Below, in pieces: positions 56,216 through 64,000 of a stretch of 64,000 nt of DNA. Source of the DNA: Hyalangium minutum (GTDB taxonomy: Bacteria > Myxococcota > Myxococcia > Myxococcales > Myxococcaceae); the NCBI RefSeq assembly GCF_000737315.1, contig NZ_JMCB01000014.1, forward strand, positions 1 to 64,000. Direction: 5' to 3'. Made by a program: the position numbers and the translations under genes. The notes under the pieces are model-generated. The model did not search any database, was not told the DNA's origin, and saw only the letters and a list, made by a program, of their open reading frames with translations. Positions within the stretch are counted from its first letter, which is position 1; each line of letters starts with the position of its first letter.

Positions 56216-57595
56216 ATGCAAGTTCCCCACGAAGGGCAGCTCCAACGGACCATCCAGTTGCGCCTCGAGGAGGAGCCGGCGCGATGGGTTCCCCTCGAGC
56301 GCCTGAAACACCTGGTCAGCCCCCTGCTGGGCATCTGCCAGAGCCTCACCCGGCTGCCGATCCGGCCCGGGGAGCCCCTGTTGCCGCAGTACGACGCGAA
56401 GTTGGCGCGGATGGGCCCGCGCGCCGCTCACCAGACGCGCGAGGGCTGCTGCGGCATCGGCTACACCGACGAGGTAGCGCAGGCCGCGGCGCTGGGCGAG
56501 GCGGCAGAGACCTGGAGCGCCGCCTGCGTGGACCTGGAGCGTGTGCGCCTCTCCACCTGGCGGGAGCTGAGCCGTGAGCACGCAGCGCTGGAGCCCGAAC
56601 GCTTTGCCCTCTACTCCGAGCGGCAGTACCAGACGCCTGGATTCCCCTACGCCCCCTTCACCCGAGACACCCCCGTGGGCTGGGTCGAGGGCTGGTCGCT
56701 CGTGCGGCGCGCGCCGGTGTGGGTACCGGCCAGCCGCGTCTACTTGCCCTACGAACACCTGCCGGGCGAGCCCAACATCGGCTTCCAGTGCTCGACAGGC
56801 CTGGCGGCCGGAGGCTCTCTCGCACAGGCCATCCTCTCGGGGCTGTGCGAGGACTTCGAGCGGGATGCCTTCATCCTCTTCTGGCTGGACGAGCTGCCCG
56901 CGCGGCGCGTGCACTTGGAGGGCTCGAGCCTGTGGCGGCGCTTCGAGACCCACTTCGCCGTGCCCGGCTACGAGTACCGCATCTACGACGTGACCAACGA
57001 CGTGGGCGTGCCCACGGCCCTCGTGCTGCTCATCTGCCCCTCGGCGCACGGCGAGTTGTACCTGGCCGGGGCCGCCTCGCGTCCCCGCTGGGACCAGGCC
57101 GTCGAGAAGGCGCTGCTGGAGGCCGTGCAAGGCCGGCCCTTCATCCTCTCTCTGCTGCAGGAGGATCCGGACTGGCAGCCCGGGCCGGACTTCTCGAACG
57201 TGGTGGACTTCGACGCCCACGGCCGGCTGTACACGTCCGTCCGGGAACTCACACCCGTGCTCCTGGGAATCGAGGATCGGGTGACGGCCCACGTGCCGCT
57301 CGCGTCGCTTCCGCGGCTGGGAGGCGATGACCTGCCTGGGGACATCGCGTGGCTCGTGGGGCGCCTGGCCGAGCGGGGCTACGAGGCGGTGGTGGTGGAC
57401 CTGACCACGCCCGATGTGGCATCGCTGGGGCTGCGCGTCGTCAAGGTGCTCACCCCAGAGCTCCAGCCGCTGCACGGGGACCACCATCACCCGCACCTGG
57501 GTGGCGAGCGCATCCGCGAGGTGCCGGTGCGGCTGGGCGTGCGCAGTCCCCACGAGCCGCCCCGCATCAACCCCTACCCACACCCCTTCGCCTGA
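56216..57595 (+). CDS. YcaO cyclodehydratase (D protein)
   Basis: AALGEAAET, STGLAAG, GLCEDFERDA, EKALLEA, Pro-rich C-terminus INPYPHPFA. Confidence 0.92.
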   Translation: MQVPHEGQLQRTIQLRLEEEPARWVPLERLKHLVSPLLGICQSLTRLPIRPGEPLLPQYDAKLARMGPRAAHQTREGCCGIGYTDEVAQAAALGEAAETWSAACVDLERVRLSTWRELSREHAALEPERFALYSERQYQTPGFPYAPFTRDTPVGWVEGWSLVRRAPVWVPASRVYLPYEHLPGEPNIGFQCSTGLAAGGSLAQAILSGLCEDFERDAFILFWLDELPARRVHLEGSSLWRRFETHFAVPGYEYRIYDVTNDVGVPTALVLLICPSAHGELYLAGAASRPRWDQAVEKALLEAVQGRPFILSLLQEDPDWQPGPDFSNVVDFDAHGRLYTSVRELTPVLLGIEDRVTAHVPLASLPRLGGDDLPGDIAWLVGRLAERGYEAVVVDLTTPDVASLGLRVVKVLTPELQPLHGDHHHPHLGGERIREVPVRLGVRSPHEPPRINPYPHPFA

Positions 57596-57603
57596 GGCGT
57601 GCC

Positions 57604-58446
57604 ATGGACGACACCCTGGGAAGCATCCGCTGGAAGCTGCAGGAGCCGCCCTCGCCGGAGGAGGTGCCGCTCAGCCGGCTCTACCACGAGGGCTCCAAGT
57701 TCACGCAGGCGCGGCAGGAGGAGATCCAGTCACGCTACGAGCGGATGCAGGCCGAGCACCTGACCGACGACATGCTCGATGCCTACAAGTCCTACCCGGG
57801 GCTGCCGCAGGTGCCGCTGCCGCGCGCGCGGCTGGTCCCCCAGCGGGAACTTCAGGAGGTGGTGGCCCACCGCCGCTCGGTGCGCGCCTTCGACCCGGAG
57901 CGTCCGGTGACGCTGCAAGAGCTGGCCAACATGCTGCAGCTCACCTATGGCATCACGCAGCGGGTGGAGCTGAGCGATGGGCACGTGCAGTGCCTGCGCG
58001 CGATCCCCAGCGCTGGAGCGCTCTACCCGCTGGAGCTGTACCTGATGGCCCAGCGGGTGGAAGGGCTGCCCCCCGGCCTCTACCACTACCGGGTGGCCCA
58101 CCACGCGCTCGAGGCGCTCGAGCAGGAAGACCAGACCGCGCACCTGCAGCACGCCGAGGCGCAGTGGGGCTTCGCCACGGGAGCGGCCTTCTACCTCATC
58201 ATCAGCGCCGTGCTCGATCGCACCCTCACCAAGTACCTCGAGCGCGGCTACCGCTTCGTGCTGATGGAGGCGGGAATGGTGGGCTACAGCGCCACCCTGC
58301 TCGCCGAGTGCCAGGGGATTTGCTCGTGCATGATGGGGGGCTGGCTGGATGGGGAGCTCGAGCGTCGGCTGGGGCTGGACGGCTACCACGAGTCGGTGGT
58401 GCACTCGGTGTGCTTCGGCCGCCCTCCCCTCCCCCCAGGCGCCTGA
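57604..58446 (+). CDS. SagB/ThcOx FMN-dependent azoline dehydrogenase (B protein)
   Basis: RRSVRAF, RAIPSAGALYPLELY, YHY, TKYLERGYRF (Lys-Tyr motif), EAG. Confidence 0.92.
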   Translation: MDDTLGSIRWKLQEPPSPEEVPLSRLYHEGSKFTQARQEEIQSRYERMQAEHLTDDMLDAYKSYPGLPQVPLPRARLVPQRELQEVVAHRRSVRAFDPERPVTLQELANMLQLTYGITQRVELSDGHVQCLRAIPSAGALYPLELYLMAQRVEGLPPGLYHYRVAHHALEALEQEDQTAHLQHAEAQWGFATGAAFYLIISAVLDRTLTKYLERGYRFVLMEAGMVGYSATLLAECQGICSCMMGGWLDGELERRLGLDGYHESVVHSVCFGRPPLPPGA

Positions 58447-58463
58447 CGCCGCGCGAGCCGGGT

Positions 58464-60872
58464 TCAAGGCCTGGAAGAGGTTGCTGGCTGCAAGCTCTCC
58501 GCGGGAATGACCTGCTTGCGCTGGCTCGGGCTCGACCACAGCAGCCGCGCCGTGGCCGTGCCCTTGTTCTCGTAGTACTCCATCCGCAGGCTGTAGATGC
58601 GCCCCGCTTGGAGCGCGATGGTGCCGCTGTCCTCAGCAACCGTGTGAGTCGTCCAGTTGTCGATCAGCAACTTCCCGTCCACCCAGAGCCGGACGCCGTC
58701 ATTGGTCACGGTGAAGAAGGTATAGGTCTCCGAGAACTTCGGCACGACGCTCCCACTCCACCTGACCGAGAACAGATCCGGGGCCAGGGAGGCGTCTGGA
58801 GGCACGATTCCCCACCGGAAGTCCACCGTGGGATCTACCCGCTGGAGGCGCGGCCGGGTGAGGTCTGGTGCCTCGAAGTACTCCGCGAGCAGCCCCGTTC
58901 CACTGGAGGAGGTCTCGCTACGGAACGACGCACGGTAGAGCGTGTCCGCAGCGGGCGTCCGCACGTCGTGCGTCTCCGCGCCACCATCTGACCAGTGATC
59001 GAAGACGTATCTCACTCCGTTCACCGTTTGGGGAGACACCACCCCGAGCGTTCGCATGACGCCCACCACCCCTGTCACTTCGCCCGGCGTGCCCTGCGGC
59101 TGTCCATCCAGCGTCAGCTGCAGCCCGGCCGGCTCGGTCGCGAACGCCAGCTTCACCTTGCGCGGGAGAATGTCCCGGAACACCTCGTGGGTGCTCCCCT
59201 GGGAGTCCTTCACCGTGAGGTGGATGCGGTACCACACATTCGAGGACGTCTCCCCCACCTCCGGCGGCATGAACGTGCCTCCTGTCTGTCCGCTGGTGGG
59301 AGGCATGAGGGGGTGCTGGTGCTCGTCGTGGTGGAAATCCACGCGCCAGGTGAAGGCGCTCGCCGGCAGCGTCCCGTCCTCGGCATCCGTGCCGCGCCCG
59401 CTGAAGGTGACGGCCTGTCCGGCGGTGAAGATTGCGCCTTCCGGCGGAGAGAGCACGGTGGCCACGGGCGGTGCGTCTTGCGACACGGTGAGCACTGCTT
59501 CGGCGCTCAGCACCGAGCCCGAGCTGTTGGACACGCGCACCCGGAAGCGCGCGCCAGAGTCTCCGAGCACTGCCCTCTCGAGGGCGAGGCTCGAGCTGGT
59601 CTTGCCTGGCAGATCTTTCCCGTCGCGCTGCCACTGGTAGCTCAGCGGCGGGGTTCCGGTGGCGCCCACCGTGAACGTGACGGGCTGGCCTACCGCCACG
59701 CGCTGGCTCGCCGGCGGGGTGGGAATGGTGGGAGGCTGTCCCGGCGCCACGAAGCGGATGCGATGGATGGCTCCTGCCCCCCGGTCCAGGTAGTAGAGGG
59801 CGCCGTCCGGGCCGACGTCCAGATCCACAGGCGCATCGGCCCCCTCGGTGAAGAGCTCGACCGTCCGAGTCTGAGGGTTGAACATGCGGATCCACCCCTC
59901 GCAGTAGTCCGCGAAGAAGTATTTCCCCACGTACTCCGCGGGGAACTGGGGCTGGGATGGGTTGTAGAAGGTGCCGCCAGCGATCGCGCAGCCGCGCACC
60001 TCCCCTGCGTTGTGCTGGTAGGCGTAGAGCGGCGCCGAGAAGCCCGTCTCGCTCGTGGGCCCTTCTGTGTCCGGCCACCCATAGTTCCTGCCAGCCTGGC
60101 CTTCGTTGAGCTCCTCCCACTTGCTCTGCCCCACATCGTTGATGAAGAGGCGCCCGGTTCCTGGCTGCACGGCAAAGCTGAAAGGGTTCCGCAGCCCGAG
60201 TGCCCAGATGGAGCGCCGGTTCCCCTCGGCTCGGGTGAAGAAGGGGTTGTCCGAGGGAATCCCTCCATTCTTGTCGAACCGCAGCACCTTGCCGTACAGG
60301 TTGGTCAGCGCCTGCGCGTTCGATGAGCGTGCGTTGTCTCCCACGCTCACGTAGAGCATGCCATCGGTGCCGAAGTGGACGGCACCGCCGTTGTGGTTGG
60401 TGGCGGAGCCCAGCGGCTCCAGGTCCAGCAGCACCCGCTCGCTGCCCTCCTCCGCGCGGTTCCCGTTCGCGGTGAAGCGGCTCAGGCGGTTGTGCTCACT
60501 GGGCGAGGTGGCCGTGTAATAGACGTAGACATAGGGCTCGTCAGGGAACTCCGGATCCAGCGCCACACCCAGGAGTCCGCGCTCGCCATCCGGATCGACG
60601 TTCAGCTTGAGGAAGGGCTCGGGAAGCAGCTTTCCGTCCTGGATGATCCGCAGGCGCCCCCCCTGCTCACAGACGAAGATGCGCCCATCGGGGGCGAAAG
60701 TCATGGAGACGGGATCCGCGAGCCCGACGACGAGCCGCGAGTCCTCGAAGCGAGGCGGGAGCATGACTTGCTGCTGACTCTGCAGGAAGGACCGAGAGGG
60801 CCGCTCCTCCGTGCATCCCCCAAGAGACAAGAAGAGGCAGACCTGGAGCAACAGAATGATGGTGGTGCGCAT
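58464..60872 (-). CDS. Lipoprotein: glucose/sorbosone (PQQ-dependent) dehydrogenase propeller + Ig + PA14 domain
   Basis: Lipobox LGGC. GERGLLG, NHNGG.VHFGTDG.LY, GLRNPFS, SYQWQRDG, FSVRWSG, NDGVRLWVDG. Confidence 0.88.
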   Translation of the reverse strand: MRTTIILLLQVCLFLSLGGCTEERPSRSFLQSQQQVMLPPRFEDSRLVVGLADPVSMTFAPDGRIFVCEQGGRLRIIQDGKLLPEPFLKLNVDPDGERGLLGVALDPEFPDEPYVYVYYTATSPSEHNRLSRFTANGNRAEEGSERVLLDLEPLGSATNHNGGAVHFGTDGMLYVSVGDNARSSNAQALTNLYGKVLRFDKNGGIPSDNPFFTRAEGNRRSIWALGLRNPFSFAVQPGTGRLFINDVGQSKWEELNEGQAGRNYGWPDTEGPTSETGFSAPLYAYQHNAGEVRGCAIAGGTFYNPSQPQFPAEYVGKYFFADYCEGWIRMFNPQTRTVELFTEGADAPVDLDVGPDGALYYLDRGAGAIHRIRFVAPGQPPTIPTPPASQRVAVGQPVTFTVGATGTPPLSYQWQRDGKDLPGKTSSSLALERAVLGDSGARFRVRVSNSSGSVLSAEAVLTVSQDAPPVATVLSPPEGAIFTAGQAVTFSGRGTDAEDGTLPASAFTWRVDFHHDEHQHPLMPPTSGQTGGTFMPPEVGETSSNVWYRIHLTVKDSQGSTHEVFRDILPRKVKLAFATEPAGLQLTLDGQPQGTPGEVTGVVGVMRTLGVVSPQTVNGVRYVFDHWSDGGAETHDVRTPAADTLYRASFRSETSSSGTGLLAEYFEAPDLTRPRLQRVDPTVDFRWGIVPPDASLAPDLFSVRWSGSVVPKFSETYTFFTVTNDGVRLWVDGKLLIDNWTTHTVAEDSGTIALQAGRIYSLRMEYYENKGTATARLLWSSPSQRKQVIPAESLQPATSSRP

Positions 60873-61040
60873 GGCCCCTCCTGAGGTTGGGAAGCCAAGC
60901 TGTGTCTGCTCCTTGAGGGTGTGTAGATGCCTTCTCGCCCCCCAAGAATGTCCGTGTCAGGGAATGGATGCCCTTCAAGGGCTGGGCGAGCACCCGAGGT
61001 GGCGCAGGACTGATCGCCCACCCCAGCACCCGCTCCTGGC

Positions 61041-64000
61041 TCACTTCGGTGTGCTCGTGTCCCCGGCATCGAGGATGACGAACTCGACGCGGCGGTTGTT
61101 CTCGCGGCCCGCGTCCGTCAAGGTGGTGTCCACCGGGCGCGTCTCGCCAAAGCCCTCGGAGATGAGGCGATTCGTATCGATGCCCGCCTCCTTCACGAGG
61201 TACTTGAGCACGTTGCCCGCGCGCCGCCGGGACAGGTCCATATTGAAGGCGTCGTCGGCCCTGTCGTCGGTGTGGCCCTCGATGCGAACCTTCTTGAGCT
61301 GTGGGTTGGCCTTGAGCACCAGGGCCACCTGCTGCAGCAGCGGAAACGAGCGCTCCAGCACCACGTCCTTATTGGTGGCGAAGTAGACCTTCTCCTTGAT
61401 GACGAGCTTCTGGGGGGTCACCTGGACCTGGCTCTCGCCCTCGTCCGGGCAGCCGTCCGTGTCCTCCACGCCGTTGATGGTCTCCTTCTCGGTGGGGCAC
61501 AGGTCGCCCGCATCGGCCACGCCATCGCTGTCGTTGTCGGGGTCGGGGCAGCCGTCTTCGTCCTGGAAGCCGTCCTTGTCCTCGGGCTCGGAGGGGCACG
61601 CGTCGCTGCCATCGGCCAGGCTATCGGAGTCCGAGTCCTTCGCGACGAGGCGGGGCGGCTGCTCCACGGTGTACGCGAAGCCGGAGAACACACGGAACAC
61701 GGGCATGCCGTAGCCCAGCGTGAGCCCCTTGCCCACGCCCAACGTGGCCACGATGCCCTTGCTCACGCGCGTCTGAAGCCCCGCCTGCAGCTCGAGCGGC
61801 CGCTCCTCCTCATTGGCTCCGCCGGTGGCGCCCAGCCCCAGGGCGCCGCCCAGCGAGGCGAGACCGGTGAACGGGTGCTCCTTCACCTCGAAGGGGATGG
61901 CGGCGCCCACGCCATAGCTCAGCTCATGGCCCACCGAGAGGTTGGCCAGCTCCTGGCGGCTGCGCACGTTGAGGCCCACGTTGGCCAGCAGCCGGGGGCC
62001 ACCCTTGAAGGCGTAGTCCACCGCGAGCCGCGGCTGCATCCCGAACCCCTTCTGGCCCTGCAGCTCCGAGGCGCCGCCCGTGGGCAACACCACCGGCACC
62101 GCGAGCCCCAGCCGAAGGGTGTCTCGCTCTAGAAGCAGCACCTTGGGGACGAGCCGGAGGTCTCCCAGGCCGCCCTTCCACGACTGCGCCAGGTTACCGG
62201 TGGGCAGCTCGTTGAACTCGCCGTGCTGGAGCTTGAGAGGGGCCACGAGGCCCAGCTCGAAGCGTTCGCCCAGGCCGATGGCGCCCATCAGGTCGAAGCC
62301 GAACTGGTTGCGCACCAGGTGCTGCAGCAGCGCGGAGTTGTCCGGGTTGATGACGACCAGCGGCTCGTGGGCGTAGTTGAGGTAGAGCCCGGCGCGCCAG
62401 TTCCTGTCGCCCTGCACTCCCGGACTGTGCAGGCCGAGCACGTCGGCCTTGCCCGGAGCGGGCCGGAACTGCTGGACGTCGATGGCGGCCGAGGTGCCCT
62501 GAGCCCATGAGGCGCCGGAGGCGGTCAGCGCCCCCACGGCTCCGAGCACCACCAGAGACCGGAGGCGCCGCGAGCGGACCACGGCACGCCCCGGGCGGCT
62601 CCGGCACGACAGGAACACCAGGGCTAGCACCATCCCCGCTCCGCCCATCAGACCGCTGTTGCCCGAGCTGCTGCAGCCATTGCCGACCACGCGGTGAGTC
62701 CCACCAATGGGCCCCTCCTGTGTGACGATCGTGTCGATGTCCGTGGCGGTGTTGTTCGCGAGGTTGGAGTTCTGCTGCTGCGGGCCCGACTCCGAGACCG
62801 TGGCGGTCACGTCCACCGTGCCCGTGGCGGAGGGGCTCACGTCCACGACGAAGGTGAAGGTGACGGTGCCTCCCACGGGGACGGTGACGTTCGTCGCGAT
62901 GCCTCCCGTGCCACTGGCATCCTGGCAGGTGGCGCCCGCCTCGCCCGAGCACGTCCACGTGGCGCCGGTGGCGTTCACGGGCAGCTGGACGGAGACAAGC
63001 GCGTCCGTCACGGTGTCGAGGCCCATGTTGGTGACAGTCACCGTATAGGTGACGGTGGCTCCCGGCACGGTGGAGGTCTGCCCATCGGTGATGGCGATCG
63101 CCAAGTCGAGCGAGGCGCACGCCAGCCACGGCTGGCTCAGGTTGGGCACGGTGACGAGCTGGCCGTCGGCGCCATAGGTGGCGCCGTTGGAAGGGAACTC
63201 GGCCAGCGACAGCGAGGAGGTGGTTCCCGACAGTCCTCCGTTGACGAAGGTCAGCGGAGTGCCGCCGCTCACCGCGATGAAGCCGCCACCACCTCCGCCG
63301 CCCGGGCCCTCGGCCTCGGCGGTGGTGATGACCTGGGAGCCGCCCTGGCCACCGAGAGCCTGCACGGTGATGTCCGAGAGGCTGTTGCTGAGGATCACGA
63401 CGGTGCCGCCACCGCCACCGCCGCCCGGCGCATCGTTGTGCGTGGCCAGGGTGTTCAGCGCGCTGTCGCCGTTGGCCTGGATTTCTCCGCTGCCCGCCAC
63501 GGTGGGCGAGATGAGGTAGACGAGTCCGCCCCCGTTACCGCCCGGGCTCCCCGCGCTGTCGTTCGCGTCGCCCGCACCACCGCCACCCCCGAGAAAGAGC
63601 CGGGAGGAAACGTCGTTGTCGAGCGGCCGTCCGCCCAGGCCGCCGACTTCCGCGCGCAGGTCTCCACCCCACGAGGCGTTGGTGGGGCCCACTTTGAGCG
63701 CATCCTGGTTCAACGAGGCGGCGCTGTACCCGCCTCGGCCACCACCCGAAGAGTCCGTCAGCGCATTCCCATTGGCGATGTATCCCGGGTCGAGCCGCCA
63801 CGCGGAGTCACCCACCACCGAGGCGCTCATCACCCCTTGTCCACTCCAAGGCCGGCCGTTGTTGCCGTTGGCACCTCCTCCTCCGGCCGCGTTGTGGCTG
63901 TTGCCACCGCCACCTCCGTTGGCTGGAGCTCCGCGGCCATAGCGTCCGCCCAGGGCGTCATAGACGGAGGTATCTCCGGCGATGCTCTCGCCCTTCTCAG
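61041..64000 (-). CDS. 5'-truncated large surface protein: Gly-rich (AgmC-like) region, DUF11/Ig, internal MYXO-CTERM-like motif, beta-barrel, TSP3 repeats, OmpA domain
   Basis: Frame open to the window edge. GRGAPANGGGGG, DLAIAIT..TYTVTVTNMG, DxDGxxDxxDxCP repeats, EGHTDD..LSRRRA..GFGETRP..NRRVEF. Confidence 0.88.
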   Translation of the reverse strand, partial: EKGESIAGDTSVYDALGGRYGRGAPANGGGGGNSHNAAGGGGANGNNGRPWSGQGVMSASVVGDSAWRLDPGYIANGNALTDSSGGGRGGYSAASLNQDALKVGPTNASWGGDLRAEVGGLGGRPLDNDVSSRLFLGGGGGAGDANDSAGSPGGNGGGLVYLISPTVAGSGEIQANGDSALNTLATHNDAPGGGGGGGTVVILSNSLSDITVQALGGQGGSQVITTAEAEGPGGGGGGGFIAVSGGTPLTFVNGGLSGTTSSLSLAEFPSNGATYGADGQLVTVPNLSQPWLACASLDLAIAITDGQTSTVPGATVTYTVTVTNMGLDTVTDALVSVQLPVNATGATWTCSGEAGATCQDASGTGGIATNVTVPVGGTVTFTFVVDVSPSATGTVDVTATVSESGPQQQNSNLANNTATDIDTIVTQEGPIGGTHRVVGNGCSSSGNSGLMGGAGMVLALVFLSCRSRPGRAVVRSRRLRSLVVLGAVGALTASGASWAQGTSAAIDVQQFRPAPGKADVLGLHSPGVQGDRNWRAGLYLNYAHEPLVVINPDNSALLQHLVRNQFGFDLMGAIGLGERFELGLVAPLKLQHGEFNELPTGNLAQSWKGGLGDLRLVPKVLLLERDTLRLGLAVPVVLPTGGASELQGQKGFGMQPRLAVDYAFKGGPRLLANVGLNVRSRQELANLSVGHELSYGVGAAIPFEVKEHPFTGLASLGGALGLGATGGANEEERPLELQAGLQTRVSKGIVATLGVGKGLTLGYGMPVFRVFSGFAYTVEQPPRLVAKDSDSDSLADGSDACPSEPEDKDGFQDEDGCPDPDNDSDGVADAGDLCPTEKETINGVEDTDGCPDEGESQVQVTPQKLVIKEKVYFATNKDVVLERSFPLLQQVALVLKANPQLKKVRIEGHTDDRADDAFNMDLSRRRAGNVLKYLVKEAGIDTNRLISEGFGETRPVDTTLTDAGRENNRRVEFVILDAGDTSTPK

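Noticed and set aside
1-64000. tRNA, rRNA, riboswitch, IS/transposase, integrase or prophage genes
   Set aside because: None recognised by eye; tRNAscan-SE, Infernal and ISEScan runs would be needed to exclude divergent cases.

Overview
GC-rich chromosomal window whose gene content points to a myxobacterium of the Cystobacterineae type. Evidence for this includes a carQRS operon, Ser/Thr kinases, MYXO-CTERM-like and Ig/vWA surface proteins. About 55 CDSs are supported; no rRNA, tRNA, CRISPR array or transposase was recognised. Housekeeping and accessory genes include hppD+LysR, an HD hydrolase with a NUDIX-MBL fusion, ATP-grasp/GNAT/transglutaminase, carQRS, a YyaL-like protein, an SF1 helicase, ttcA, rnd, an M32 peptidase, prfC, RidA, rsgA, lipase+foldase, an ABC-2 exporter, an Rsm22-like methyltransferase and pip. 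Most notable: (1) a compact azole-RiPP (LAP/TOMM) cluster at 54690-58446 whose precursor has a repeat-built 14-Cys (CGG/CGHCR) core and a C-terminal follower; (2) an apparently leaderless 24-aa peptide with 8 consecutive Thr codons and alternative hairpins in front of an editing-domain-less thrS; (3) a stand-alone fusion of the enediyne-cassette E5(UnbU)-like and E4(UnbV)-like domains; (4) a candidate 21-aa leader peptide before rsgA; (5) an OmpA-family polyprotein with an internal MYXO-CTERM-like motif plus a second signal peptide. All family calls are from motif recognition by eye; no searches were run.
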